64,000 nt of DNA from Terriglobia bacterium (GTDB taxonomy: Bacteria > Acidobacteriota > Terriglobia > 20CM-2-55-15), in the NCBI GenBank assembly GCA_965218585.1, contig CBDCLE010000002.1, positions 192,001 to 256,000 of the forward strand, in the 5' to 3' direction. Shown piece by piece: positions 48,339 to 57,536 of the stretch. The position numbers and the translations under genes are program-made. The notes below the pieces were generated by a model. The model did not search any database. It saw only the letters and a program-made list of their open reading frames with translations, and had not been told where the DNA came from. Each line of letters begins with the position of its first letter. The stretch's first letter is position 1.

Positions 48339-49922
48339 TTGAAGAAAATCGAGCGAGCGCTGATCAGCGTTTTCGACAAGCGTGGCATCGTAGATTTTGC
48401 GCGTGCACTTATAGCCATGGGCGTCGAGATTCTTTCTACCGGGGGGACTGCGCGGTTACTGGGAAAGGAAGGAATCGAAGTCCGGGAAGTCTCCGAGATC
48501 ACGGGCTTCCCCGAGGTTCTCGATGGCCGGGTCAAGACCCTGCACCCACGCATTCACGCAGGCATCCTTGCGGTTCGTGATAATCCGGACCACCAGGCAC
48601 AACTCGACGAACACAACATCGGGCATATCGATTTGATATGCGTGAACCTGTATCCGTTCGTCGAAACCACCCGGAAGGCCGGCGCAACATTCGAAGACAT
48701 CGTCGAGAACATCGACATTGGGGGCCCCTCAATGTTGCGTGCCGGTTCCAAGAATTTTCGTGATGTTGCCGTCGTCACGGACCCGGACGACTATTCCGCC
48801 GTCATCAAGGAATTGGAAGAGGCTGGCGGCATCCTCTCCCCGCAACAGCTGTTTGCGCTGGCACAGAAGAGCTTTGTTCACACCGGACAGTACGATGGCG
48901 CAATCGCCGAGTATTTATCTCAAGTGGATTGGAAGGATGAGAGTCCCTCACTGCCCGAAAACACCCTGTTCCCCCCCAAGCTGTTTATGGATTTCGAGCG
49001 GGTTGCCCAACTCCGGTACGGCGAAAACCCCCATCAGAGTGCTGCTTTCTACCGTTGGGGTTCCGATCCTGTTCACGGACTTGCAGACGCCGGACAACTC
49101 CAGGGGAAGGAACTTTCCTACAACAACCTGGTGGACCTCCAGGCTGCATGGGCACTGATTCTGGAGTTTGAGGATCCGGCGTGCGCGATTATCAAACATA
49201 CGAATCCCTGTGGCGCGGCCCTCGGCAGTGATCTTCGGGATGCATACCTGAAAGCGCTGGATGCCGATCCCGTGTCTGCGTTCGGATCGATCATAGCCGT
49301 GAATCGCCCGCTCGATGGAGAGACGGCGGAAGAGATGGCGAAGCTTTTTGTTGAAGCCATCATCGCGCCCAGGATCGAAGACGAAGCCAAAGAAGTCTTT
49401 GCCGCAAAGAAAAACCTGCGCGTACTCGAACTCAAGGACGATACCGATCCGGCAGGCACCGCCAGCCTCGAAATTCGCCGTGTTCTGGGAGGCATACTGG
49501 TTCAGGACACCGACGCCTCACGGGAACTGGAGGGTCCCGCCGTTAAGGTAGCCACACCGAGGGAGCCGTCCGAGGCCGAGTGGCGGGATCTCCGCTTCGC
49601 ATGGAAGGTAGCCCGTCACGTTAAATCCAATGCGATCGTCCTCGCTGCCGACGGACGTACCTCAGGCGTGGGAGCAGGCCAGATGAGTCGTGTCGATTCG
49701 GTCAAGATAAGCGTCGAAAAGGCCCGCCCGAGTGCGAAGGGGACAGTCATGGCGTCGGATGCCTTTTTCCCTTTTCGTGATGGGCTCGACGCTGGGGCCG
49801 AGGCCGGAATTCGTGCCGTGATCCAACCCGGGGGGTCCCGCCGGGACGAGGAAGTTATCGAAGCCGCCGCCGAGCACGACATCGCGATGGTCTTTACCGG
49901 AACCCGCCATTTCAAACACTAG
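48339..49922 (+). CDS. purH: Bifunctional AICAR transformylase / IMP cyclohydrolase
   Basis: 'RALISVFDK', 'GRVKTLHP', 'ENIDIGGP', 'LRYGENPHQ', '[10 protein letters not shown]', 'SDAFFPF', 'RHFKH'. Confidence 0.98.
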   Translation: MKKIERALISVFDKRGIVDFARALIAMGVEILSTGGTARLLGKEGIEVREVSEITGFPEVLDGRVKTLHPRIHAGILAVRDNPDHQAQLDEHNIGHIDLICVNLYPFVETTRKAGATFEDIVENIDIGGPSMLRAGSKNFRDVAVVTDPDDYSAVIKELEEAGGILSPQQLFALAQKSFVHTGQYDGAIAEYLSQVDWKDESPSLPENTLFPPKLFMDFERVAQLRYGENPHQSAAFYRWGSDPVHGLADAGQLQGKELSYNNLVDLQAAWALILEFEDPACAIIKHTNPCGAALGSDLRDAYLKALDADPVSAFGSIIAVNRPLDGETAEEMAKLFVEAIIAPRIEDEAKEVFAAKKNLRVLELKDDTDPAGTASLEIRRVLGGILVQDTDASRELEGPAVKVATPREPSEAEWRDLRFAWKVARHVKSNAIVLAADGRTSGVGAGQMSRVDSVKISVEKARPSAKGTVMASDAFFPFRDGLDAGAEAGIRAVIQPGGSRRDEEVIEAAAEHDIAMVFTGTRHFKH

Positions 49923-50182
49923 TGGCCTGTACCCCCCATATTGGGACCAGCGTTCGGGCCAAACGGCATTGGATTCTAGGAGTCGGCAACGAGGAAATGC
50001 TCCGTCATTCGGAGGAACCGACGACAACGAAGACGATGTCGTTTCGCCCGAACCCTGCGGGCCGATGGGGGTTGCGGGCGATATCTTTGTTACGAGCCGT
50101 CATGGATGCGAAAACATCAATTTCCGTCTCGCGCCGCGATCTCGCCCGCGCTGGTCCCAGTATGGGGAGTACAGGCCACTCG
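49919..50182. mobile_element. MITE-like structured element, copy 2, followed by a partial extra TIR (to ~50196)
   Basis: CTAGTGGCCTGTACCCCCCATATTGGGACCAGCG ... CGCTGGTCCCAGTATGGGGAGTACAGGCCACTCG; left CTAG contains the purH TAG stop. Confidence 0.8.
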
Positions 50183-50221
50183 TGGCCTGTACTCCCTTTT
50201 CGGTAGCTGAAAACACAAGGG

Positions 50222-50254
50222 AAAATAGGGACACAGGTGTCTGACCCGATTTTA
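50222..50254. repeat. GGGTCAGA/TCTGACCC-family repeat
   Basis: AAAATAGGGACACAGGTGTCTGACCCGATTTT; near reverse complement of 63975-64000. Confidence 0.65.
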
Positions 50255-50311
50255 TTGACGTATAATGAACAAAATTCAATGGTTGTTGACAGATTGTCTG
50301 GATCAGGAACT

Positions 50312-52258
50312 ATGAAAAGACTCCTCGCTGTTCTCCTGCTGTCCGCGATGGCCCTCACTCCTGGATTTTCACAATCTCAGGAAGAGGTGTCACCGGTAGC
50401 CGAAGCCTACTACCACTTCGCCATAGGCCACGTGCTCGAAGCGGAAGGTGACTGGGAGGGGGCTCTGGACGAGTACGAGCAGGCGCTGGCACTGGATCCG
50501 ACGAATTCCTCGATATATTCCGAAATGGCGGCCAGCTATCTCGCCCAGCAGCAGATCTCGGACGCGGTCGACTACGCGGAACGGGCAATCCGTGCGGATG
50601 CGGACAACCTGGACGCCCATCAGCTCCTGAGCTCGATATACACCGGCCTTCTGAACAACGCCACAAACGGCCGCGGGGTCGCCCCCGAAATCGTTGACCG
50701 TGCAGTCGAAGAACTCGAAGAGGTCGTTCGACTGGACCCCACCGAGCGGGATGCGTATCTCATGTTGGGACGTCTGTATCGATTCCGGGAGGAACCCGAA
50801 CGAGCCGCCGAAGTTTACCGGGACTTTCTCGAAGTCTCTCCTGGTTCTGAGGAAGGTGCGATAGCACTGGCGGAATTGCAATTGGAATCCGGCAACGTAG
50901 ACGAGGCCATCCAGATACTCCGGGAATTCTCCGAATCCCAACCCGAATCCGTTCCGGTCCTGGCTCTTCTTGGCGAGGCCTACAGGCGCGCCGAAGACTG
51001 GGACAGTGCAGCCAGCGCCTACACCGACGCACTGGCTCTGGATCCCGAAGATACCGACCTGCTCCGGGAAGCTGCCCGCGCACTGCTGGTTTCAGGGCGT
51101 CTGGACGAAGCGGCCGAGCGTTTTGAGCAACTCATCGATCTGGAACCGGACGACCCGACCGCTCACCTGAGGCTTGGACAGATCCAACGGCAGAGGATGA
51201 ACTATGAGATCGCACGGGACCACCTGGAGACGGCCAACCGACTGGTTCCGGACAGCCCCGAGATCCATTTCGACATGGCGTTACTGGAACGTGACGAAGG
51301 GAACTTTGAACAAAGTCTCTCCCAGCTCCTCGAGCTGCTCGAAGACACCGAACAGCCGAACGGCCGCTACAATGGCGGTGAGCGGCAGAATCGAAGGATC
51401 TTCCTGACCAACGTCGCGCTGCTTCAGACGCGTCTCGAAGCGTACGACGATGCTGTAGGAACGTTCGAGGAGATGAAGGAACTCACGTTGAACCGGGACG
51501 GGTCGATTGAGGCATTCATTGTCGACACCTATCAGACCGCAGGAGAAATCGATCTTGCCCTCCAGTTCTGTAACGAAGCACTGGATGTATTTCCTACAAA
51601 CCCCCAGTTGCGCCTGCAGCGTGTTGACCTGATTGCGAAACAGGGCCGCGTGGAAGCAGCGCTTGAGCTACTCGATGCGATGGCAGCAGCCGAAGAGAAC
51701 AACTTCGGTGTCTACTCGACCATGTTCTCGATTCACGAACAGGCCCAGGACTACACCCAGGCACAGGAAGTCGTCGATGAAATGATGGAGCGGTTTCCCG
51801 GCAGCGAGCAAGTCTACTTCCTGCAGGGAGCGCTCTACGAGCAGCAAAAACAATACGAAGAGGCGGAAGCCGCGTTCCGTATGGCATTGGACCTTAGCGA
51901 AGACAATGCGGCCGTTCTCAACTATCTCGGTTACATGCTGGCCAATAACGACACCAAGCTTCGAGAAGCTCTATCGATGATCGAGGTTGCCGTTGCCGCA
52001 GATCCGATCAACGGAGCATATCTGGACAGCCTGGGGTGGGTGTACTACAGGCTGAACGAACTGGAACTGGCAGAACGCTACCTCGAACGGGCCGTCGTTT
52101 TCTCACCGAAGGACCCCGACCTGCACGAACATCTGGGCGACCTCTACCTCCTCACGGGCCGTCCCAATGAAGCCCGAGAATCCTACGAAACCTCACTTGA
52201 ACTGGCAGAGGAGGCGGAAAAGCGGGAAGCCGTTCAGGAGAAGCTCGACGGATTCTAG
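50312..52258 (+). CDS. Exported tetratricopeptide repeat protein
   Basis: Signal peptide MKRLLAVLLL; many TPRs; 'LNYLGYMLA', 'AYLDSLGWVYY'. Confidence 0.9.
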   Translation: MKRLLAVLLLSAMALTPGFSQSQEEVSPVAEAYYHFAIGHVLEAEGDWEGALDEYEQALALDPTNSSIYSEMAASYLAQQQISDAVDYAERAIRADADNLDAHQLLSSIYTGLLNNATNGRGVAPEIVDRAVEELEEVVRLDPTERDAYLMLGRLYRFREEPERAAEVYRDFLEVSPGSEEGAIALAELQLESGNVDEAIQILREFSESQPESVPVLALLGEAYRRAEDWDSAASAYTDALALDPEDTDLLREAARALLVSGRLDEAAERFEQLIDLEPDDPTAHLRLGQIQRQRMNYEIARDHLETANRLVPDSPEIHFDMALLERDEGNFEQSLSQLLELLEDTEQPNGRYNGGERQNRRIFLTNVALLQTRLEAYDDAVGTFEEMKELTLNRDGSIEAFIVDTYQTAGEIDLALQFCNEALDVFPTNPQLRLQRVDLIAKQGRVEAALELLDAMAAAEENNFGVYSTMFSIHEQAQDYTQAQEVVDEMMERFPGSEQVYFLQGALYEQQKQYEEAEAAFRMALDLSEDNAAVLNYLGYMLANNDTKLREALSMIEVAVAADPINGAYLDSLGWVYYRLNELELAERYLERAVVFSPKDPDLHEHLGDLYLLTGRPNEARESYETSLELAEEAEKREAVQEKLDGF

Positions 52259-52288
52259 TCGAGTAGTCCCGGCGAATCCCATTTAACC

Positions 52289-52875
52289 GTGAACTCTTTA
52301 GCCCCTAACACTGTCATTAAAAGTAGCGACCAGGAACAAGCTGTTTCCAGGCAGGCAGATAGCCCTGTTGATTTCGAGCAAGCCGCCGAGGAACACCGAC
52401 CGTTCCTGATGCGCATTGCCGTCGCTTCGACCCGGAATGTGTCCGATGCGGAGGACATTGTCCAGGAAGCCCTGATGCGAGCTCACCGCGGACTCAAGAA
52501 TTTCCGCGGCGATTGCGCGCTCCGGACCTGGATGTCGAGAATCATTGTGCGCGTCTCGATCAACCATCGCAAGAGTTTCATGCGGATGGCGAAACGGTGG
52601 ACGTTTTTCAGCGACCTCGAAAGGGAAGACTCCGACGGGCAGGTGCGCGCTTTCGATGCCGGAGATGGATCGACCCCGGTCGGCCGTGAAGCACTTATTG
52701 ATGTGGAAAGGCAAATGAACCGCCTGCCGGAAGAATTTCGGATACCGCTGCTGATGCTCGCGGTCGAAGGCATGACGATTCGGAAATCGCCGAGATCCTC
52801 GAGATTCCGGAAGGCACCGTAAAGTCGCGAATCTTCTACGGGAGAAAGCGCCTGAAGAAGGCCCTGAAGCTATGA
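52289..52875 (+). CDS. ECF RNA polymerase sigma factor (-1 indel near 52781; start uncertain)
   Basis: 'DAEDIVQEALMRA...FRG....TWMSRI'; shifted frame 'EIAEILEIPEGTVKSRIFYGRKRL' ends overlapping the next ATG. Confidence 0.88.
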
Positions 52876-53702
52876 ACGAAGCTATGACGAATGAATGTCA
52901 GTGGGTTGAATCCAAACTAGAAGACTATCTGGTAGGGAGCCCCGATGCGGAGGTTCGCAGTCGGATCGCTTCTCACCTCGAAACGTGTGACACGTGCAGG
53001 CAAGAGGTGGAAGCCTACGGCAAGGTCGATACACTGGTGCGAGCGCATTTCGAACGTCAGATGGCCCGTGCCGAGAGCCGAACCCGTTTGGGCTTCCGCC
53101 CGATGCGCCTGGCTGGAGCGTTTGCGGGTGTCGGAGCTCTCGCGCTCGCCCTCTGGGTGGGAATGAGCGCATCTCGGTCCGAGCTGCAAGGCGAAGAGAC
53201 TGCCCTCGCCCAAGCCAGCGCCGCAGACTCCCTCGACAAGGCCACCGAAGAACCGGATGTTCTTCGAGCCAAGCCGACGGAAGGGGAAGGGGGAACGGGT
53301 TTGAATTCGATCGGTGCCGGTGCATTGACTGCCCCACCGGAAGCCGTCGATCTCTACATCGCAGATGCCGCCGGTTACCTGCAGACACTGGCAGACTACT
53401 CGGGTTCGATACTGGTACTCGGAGTTTTTGACGGAACCGGGCATGAAGCCTTCGAAGAAGCCTATGCCGCCTACGGTGCAGACGAACGTTTCAGCTTTGT
53501 AGGAGTTCGGTTGGATTCGGACACGCGTCCGGAAAACACTACGTTTCCATTGATGGCAAACCGGGGCTCTTCGCTGCTGGAAACACCGGTAGGGGGTTTT
53601 ACGATCGTGGCGCCGGACGGGGGCATATACGGACGCGGGTTGCTTGAGGCCTCTCTCGTCGACACACTTCGGTCAAGCCTTGAAGAGTTAGGAGTTCGCT
53701 AG
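52872..53702 (+). CDS. Zinc-finger (zf-HC2) anti-sigma factor with a TM helix and a degenerate redoxin-like periplasmic domain
   Basis: 'HLETCDTC' ZAS motif, TM segment, C-terminal 'TLADYSGSILVLGVF...FTIVAPDG'. Confidence 0.8.
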   Translation: MNEAMTNECQWVESKLEDYLVGSPDAEVRSRIASHLETCDTCRQEVEAYGKVDTLVRAHFERQMARAESRTRLGFRPMRLAGAFAGVGALALALWVGMSASRSELQGEETALAQASAADSLDKATEEPDVLRAKPTEGEGGTGLNSIGAGALTAPPEAVDLYIADAAGYLQTLADYSGSILVLGVFDGTGHEAFEEAYAAYGADERFSFVGVRLDSDTRPENTTFPLMANRGSSLLETPVGGFTIVAPDGGIYGRGLLEASLVDTLRSSLEELGVR

Positions 53703-53780
53703 ACAACGTTTTCCTTCTGTAGTTGCAGTCTGTGACCGCACAATCAATAGGAAACGTGCGGCCATAGACCGCATCCCCAG

Positions 53781-55016
53781 TTATTTCTCCAGCCGGATCA
53801 AATCTTCGTATGTCTCCCGACGACGTACGAGGGAAAAGCTGTCGCCATCGACGAGGACTTCAGCCGGCCGTGGCCGGGAGTTGTAGTTCGACGACAGGCT
53901 GAACCCGTATGCTCCCGCGCTCATGACCGCCACAAGGTCCCCGGATTCGAAGCGGTCCACCTCACGATCCTGTGCGATAAAATCGGCGGACTCGCAGATG
54001 GGACCGACGACGTCGACGACTTCCCTGCCCTCTCGCCGACGCACCGGCATCAGCCGGTGGAACGAGTCGTATAAAGCCGGCCGGATGAGATCGTTCATTC
54101 CAGCGTCAACGACGACGAAGCGTTTTCCGCCGTGCGTCTTCTTACGGATCACACGGCAAAGAAGAACACCTGCGTTCCCGGCGATGACACGTCCCGGCTC
54201 GAGTATGAGCGTCAACCCGAGGTCCTCGCTCGCACCGCGCACGGTACCGGCATAGGCCTCCAGCGAAGGCGGCTGCTCAGCGTCGTATTCGATTCCGAGG
54301 CCTCCGCCCACATCCAGATATGACAGGTCGACGCCCTGACTCTGAAGATCCCGGGCCAGGTCGACAATGCCGGCGATGGCTTCTTCAAACGGTCCTAGCT
54401 CCGTGATTTGGGAACCGATATGGCAACCGATTCCCACAACGGAGACGCCGGTCATCGACGTCGCGGCATCGATTATCGAAGAGGCGTCAGAGAGACTGAT
54501 GCCGAATTTGTTTCGCTGAAGTCCGGTGGATATGTATGGATGTGTCCGTGGGTCCACGTCCGGATTGATCCGAAACACAACCCGGGCAGGGCGTCCTGTC
54601 TGAGCGGCTACTTCCGATATCAATTCCAGTTCAGGTCTGGATTCGACGCTCAGGAAAAGAACGCCCGTCTCCAGAGCGTAGCTGATTTCATCACGTGTCT
54701 TTCCCACGCCTGAAAAAATGACGGCATTGGGCGATGCGCCGGCCTCCAGAACACGAAACAACTCGCCGCCGGATACGACTTCAAAGCCGGTTCCCCACTC
54801 GACAAAGCGCCGCAGCAGCGTCAAATTGGAATTCGCCTTGACTGCGTAACACAGACGATAGGGTGTATCGCCCAGCGCTTCACCCAGAACCTTCACGTGA
54901 CGCCTGAGCGTGGCCTGGCTGTATACGTAGACGGGCGTGCCCACCGATTCGGCAATCGTTTCGAGCCCAACGCCTTCACAAGCCAACCGATCGTTGTTGT
55001 AATCGAAATAGTGCAT
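53781..55016 (-). CDS. lysA: Diaminopimelate decarboxylase
   Basis: 'YAVKAN', 'HIGSQI', 'DVGGGLGI', 'EPGR', 'GPICESAD', 'SNYNSRPRP'. Confidence 0.97.
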   Translation of the reverse strand: MHYFDYNNDRLACEGVGLETIAESVGTPVYVYSQATLRRHVKVLGEALGDTPYRLCYAVKANSNLTLLRRFVEWGTGFEVVSGGELFRVLEAGASPNAVIFSGVGKTRDEISYALETGVLFLSVESRPELELISEVAAQTGRPARVVFRINPDVDPRTHPYISTGLQRNKFGISLSDASSIIDAATSMTGVSVVGIGCHIGSQITELGPFEEAIAGIVDLARDLQSQGVDLSYLDVGGGLGIEYDAEQPPSLEAYAGTVRGASEDLGLTLILEPGRVIAGNAGVLLCRVIRKKTHGGKRFVVVDAGMNDLIRPALYDSFHRLMPVRRREGREVVDVVGPICESADFIAQDREVDRFESGDLVAVMSAGAYGFSLSSNYNSRPRPAEVLVDGDSFSLVRRRETYEDLIRLEK

Positions 55017-55072
55017 GGGAATGGTTTCAAAAAAGACGCACTCACCAGTAGGGCGCGTCCCATTATAGACAC

Positions 55073-55109
55073 AAAAACGGCGCGGGACCTTTCGATGGCC
55101 CGCGCCGTT
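55073..55109 (-). terminator. Intrinsic terminator of the ECF operon
   Basis: Minus strand AACGGCGCGGGCC-ATCGAAA-GGTCCCGCGCCGTT followed by TTT. Confidence 0.75.
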
Positions 55110-55162
55110 CAGTTCAAGAAATAACTCTATGCGATGAGGTCGATCACTCCAGAGTCGGGGAC

Positions 55163-55561
55163 CTAACGACCCGACTGTCTAAGCGCCCGGTCAGCCTCCC
55201 TCTGGCGTTCCTCTTCGATCCACTGGTCGTAGAGCTCGCGCTGCGACTCGGTCAGCAGTTCCCGGATTTCGCCACGGGAAGTATCTTTCAGCTCTTGATA
55301 CAGCGGCCGTGTCTGCTCCCTCAGGTCCCGGAAACCATCCCGGGTGCCTTCAAGTATGGCCGCGACCCGAGCTTCCTGTTCCGCAGTCAATCCGAGGTAC
55401 TCGCCATAGGAGACGCCACCCAGAAACCGACCTCTGCGACCACCCTGATTGTCGTCGCTGAAGACTCGGGTCTCATACACATCCATCAGCACAGCGCCCG
55501 TCAGGGCACCCACAACGAAGACAGCTAAGATCAGCAGTTTTGCCTGAAGAGTTCGTTTCAT
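55163..55561 (-). CDS. Periplasmic Spy/CpxP-like protein
   Basis: N-terminal TM helix, 'LGLTAEQ' and 'LLTESQ' LTxxQ motifs. Confidence 0.75.
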   Translation of the reverse strand: MKRTLQAKLLILAVFVVGALTGAVLMDVYETRVFSDDNQGGRRGRFLGGVSYGEYLGLTAEQEARVAAILEGTRDGFRDLREQTRPLYQELKDTSRGEIRELLTESQRELYDQWIEEERQREADRALRQSGR

Positions 55562-55566
55562 TGTAA

Positions 55567-55914
55567 TTAGTCCGAAAGGCTGATCTCGACGAGGAGATCA
55601 CTCCCTTGAGGCAGTTCAGCCTCTCCATACATCCACTGGTCCGAGGGTCCGTGCTCCATTTCCAGATAAAAATCCACGAGGCCCACTTCAGGCGGCCCGG
55701 GAAGGAAAACCTGAACACCCAGCATGACCAGAACAACCAGTGTCATGACAGCGATCGTCGGGCGGGCGAAGCTAGGTACGAAATCCCACACTGCGCCTGC
55801 AGCCTGGTTGACGGGTTGGATCTGTCGAACAACCCGACGCGCGAAAGATCCATCAGGCATAAAAGTGCGGCGACGTTCGTGCTCGACGAACCGTTTTGGA
55901 AGAAATTCATTCAC
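55567..55914 (-). CDS. Small membrane anti-sigma factor candidate
   Basis: 'FARRVVRQI' plus one TM helix; coupled to the ECF sigma. Confidence 0.65.
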   Translation of the reverse strand: MNEFLPKRFVEHERRRTFMPDGSFARRVVRQIQPVNQAAGAVWDFVPSFARPTIAVMTLVVLVMLGVQVFLPGPPEVGLVDFYLEMEHGPSDQWMYGEAELPQGSDLLVEISLSD

Positions 55915-56468
55915 GATGAACTCCTCTGGGCTGAAGGCAATCGACCTTCAACCTGGTCTCCCAACACTACCGCCAGTTTTTTTCGAGCACGGTAAAGGCG
56001 AATCTTTACGTTTGAGGTACTAATGCCCATTATGTCCGAGATCTCCTTAATTGACAACTCTTCTACCTCCTTTAAAAGCAGAGGTATCTGCAGTTTGGCA
56101 TCCAGCGTATTGACCGCTGACCGGACCCACTCGTAATCGTCGGTCTGGGGCGCGTTGGGAACCGTCGGCTGAGCCCGATAGCTTTCAAAGGCCAGCTTTT
56201 CGCGACGTAGCTTCCTGAGGCGATCGTAGCAAACGTTGATCGTCACCCTGGAAACCCAGCCCGCTACGTTGTCATCCGGACGAACCTGGTCGATCTTACC
56301 GAAAAACCGAATGAACGCCTCCTGGGAGAGATCTTCGACCTCCTCCCGGGAGCGAAAAAATCGGCTCGCCAAACGAAAGACCATCGGGGCCAGCTGGGCT
56401 ACGAGCTCTTCCTGAGCGACGGTTTCGCCGCGCTTGGCCCGAACGACAAGTTCGCGATCAATCTCCAT
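55911..56468 (-). CDS. ECF RNA polymerase sigma factor
   Basis: 'EDLSQEAFIR', 'WVSRVTINVCYD', 'EISDIMGISTSNVKIRLYRARKKL'. Confidence 0.92.
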   Translation of the reverse strand: MEIDRELVVRAKRGETVAQEELVAQLAPMVFRLASRFFRSREEVEDLSQEAFIRFFGKIDQVRPDDNVAGWVSRVTINVCYDRLRKLRREKLAFESYRAQPTVPNAPQTDDYEWVRSAVNTLDAKLQIPLLLKEVEELSIKEISDIMGISTSNVKIRLYRARKKLAVVLGDQVEGRLPSAQRSSS

Positions 56469-56476
56469 TAACTAGA

Positions 56477-56523
56477 TACGTCCTGGATTTCAGTGAAGTT
56501 ACTATTTTGACCTATGTCAAAAT
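56477..56523 (-). promoter_or_regulatory. ECF-type promoter plus an adjacent perfect palindrome
   Basis: Minus strand GTAAC-N17-CGTA just upstream of the ATG; ATTTTGAC-CTAT-GTCAAAAT at 56504-56523. Confidence 0.55.
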
Positions 56524-56831
56524 GTTTGACTGACTGCTCCCGGAAGAGTTTAACGGCAACCGGTCGACGAACAGACACACATCCACTATATTGCAGGCCG
56601 CAGGGTATCTGTTGAGGATTCTGCTAAAACCAGCCGGATTGAGGTTCCGGACTAAGGCAGGTCAAAAACAACAACGGAGAGGAACAAGTCGTTCAGGCCT
56701 CCACCATCCCACTCGCCCTCTCCTCCACTCATCTCATCTCGTCCCGTCTTCGAATGCCGGCTCCTAATCTTGGAATGCCTTCCCTGGCAAACCGGCCGAA
56801 CGGGCTATTAGTGCCATCCCGCCGTATAAGA

Positions 56832-56847
56832 AGCACATTTCGTGCCA
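56832..56847 (-). promoter_or_regulatory. Sigma54 (-24/-12) promoter
   Basis: TGGCACGAAATGTGCT vs consensus TGGCACG-N4-TTGCW; AT-rich tract upstream. Confidence 0.6.
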
Positions 56848-56962
56848 AACCAATCGGTCAATTAAATGTGTACCTTACGAGAAGACACGCCCCACAAAAT
56901 ACAAGAATCCATAGAAATTGTCCGTCATACGGGATTTCTGAGGACTTTGGTAGGAAAATTCT

Positions 56963-57523
56963 TCACCCGCCCACCCAATTCAACCATCGATCGTGGATCG
57001 GTTCGAGTTCCCGTTCCACCTCGTCCCATCGCGCAAGAAAATCCAGATCCATTGCCAGACTCATCTCGGTTCTGAGAATGGCAAAGTGCTCGTTGACCAA
57101 CTCGTAGTACAGAATGAGATCACCATGAGCCTCCATGCCAGGGCTGGTGACCGGCTTCCGCATTCTCAGATAATCGAGGACGTCCCCGGCCCTGCGGTGT
57201 GCATCGATAAAGTGGAAGAGCTGCCAGTTGTCGGTGGGACCGTCTTCGGAACGCCTGAGCGCAGCCTGGTAATTCCGCTCGAGACGTTCAATTTCCGGAA
57301 GAATCACCTGCCGATACCGGGGCCGCTCGTCGTAGCGTATCCCCGTCAGCGGTATGAAAACCAGAAGAGCTACAAGGGCCAGGAAGGCAGACAGCTTGTT
57401 CTGTCGGATACTATCGCCGATGCTGGAGGCAACGGCCTTGACGAGTCCGCCGACGGAGGGCTCGGCGGACCGAAGACGGGTTGATGGATCGGGCTCCTGT
57501 GGCTCTCTGTGCAAGATGGCCAT
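56963..57523 (-). CDS. Hypothetical membrane-anchored protein
   Basis: 186 aa, single TM helix, helical C-terminal domain. Confidence 0.65.
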   Translation of the reverse strand: MAILHREPQEPDPSTRLRSAEPSVGGLVKAVASSIGDSIRQNKLSAFLALVALLVFIPLTGIRYDERPRYRQVILPEIERLERNYQAALRRSEDGPTDNWQLFHFIDAHRRAGDVLDYLRMRKPVTSPGMEAHGDLILYYELVNEHFAILRTEMSLAMDLDFLARWDEVERELEPIHDRWLNWVGG

Positions 57524-57536
57524 GCCAGCCTACGGG

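Noticed and set aside
49919-50182. ZTP (pfl) riboswitch associated with purH
   Set aside because: It lies 3' of purH, not in the leader, and matches the repeat element.
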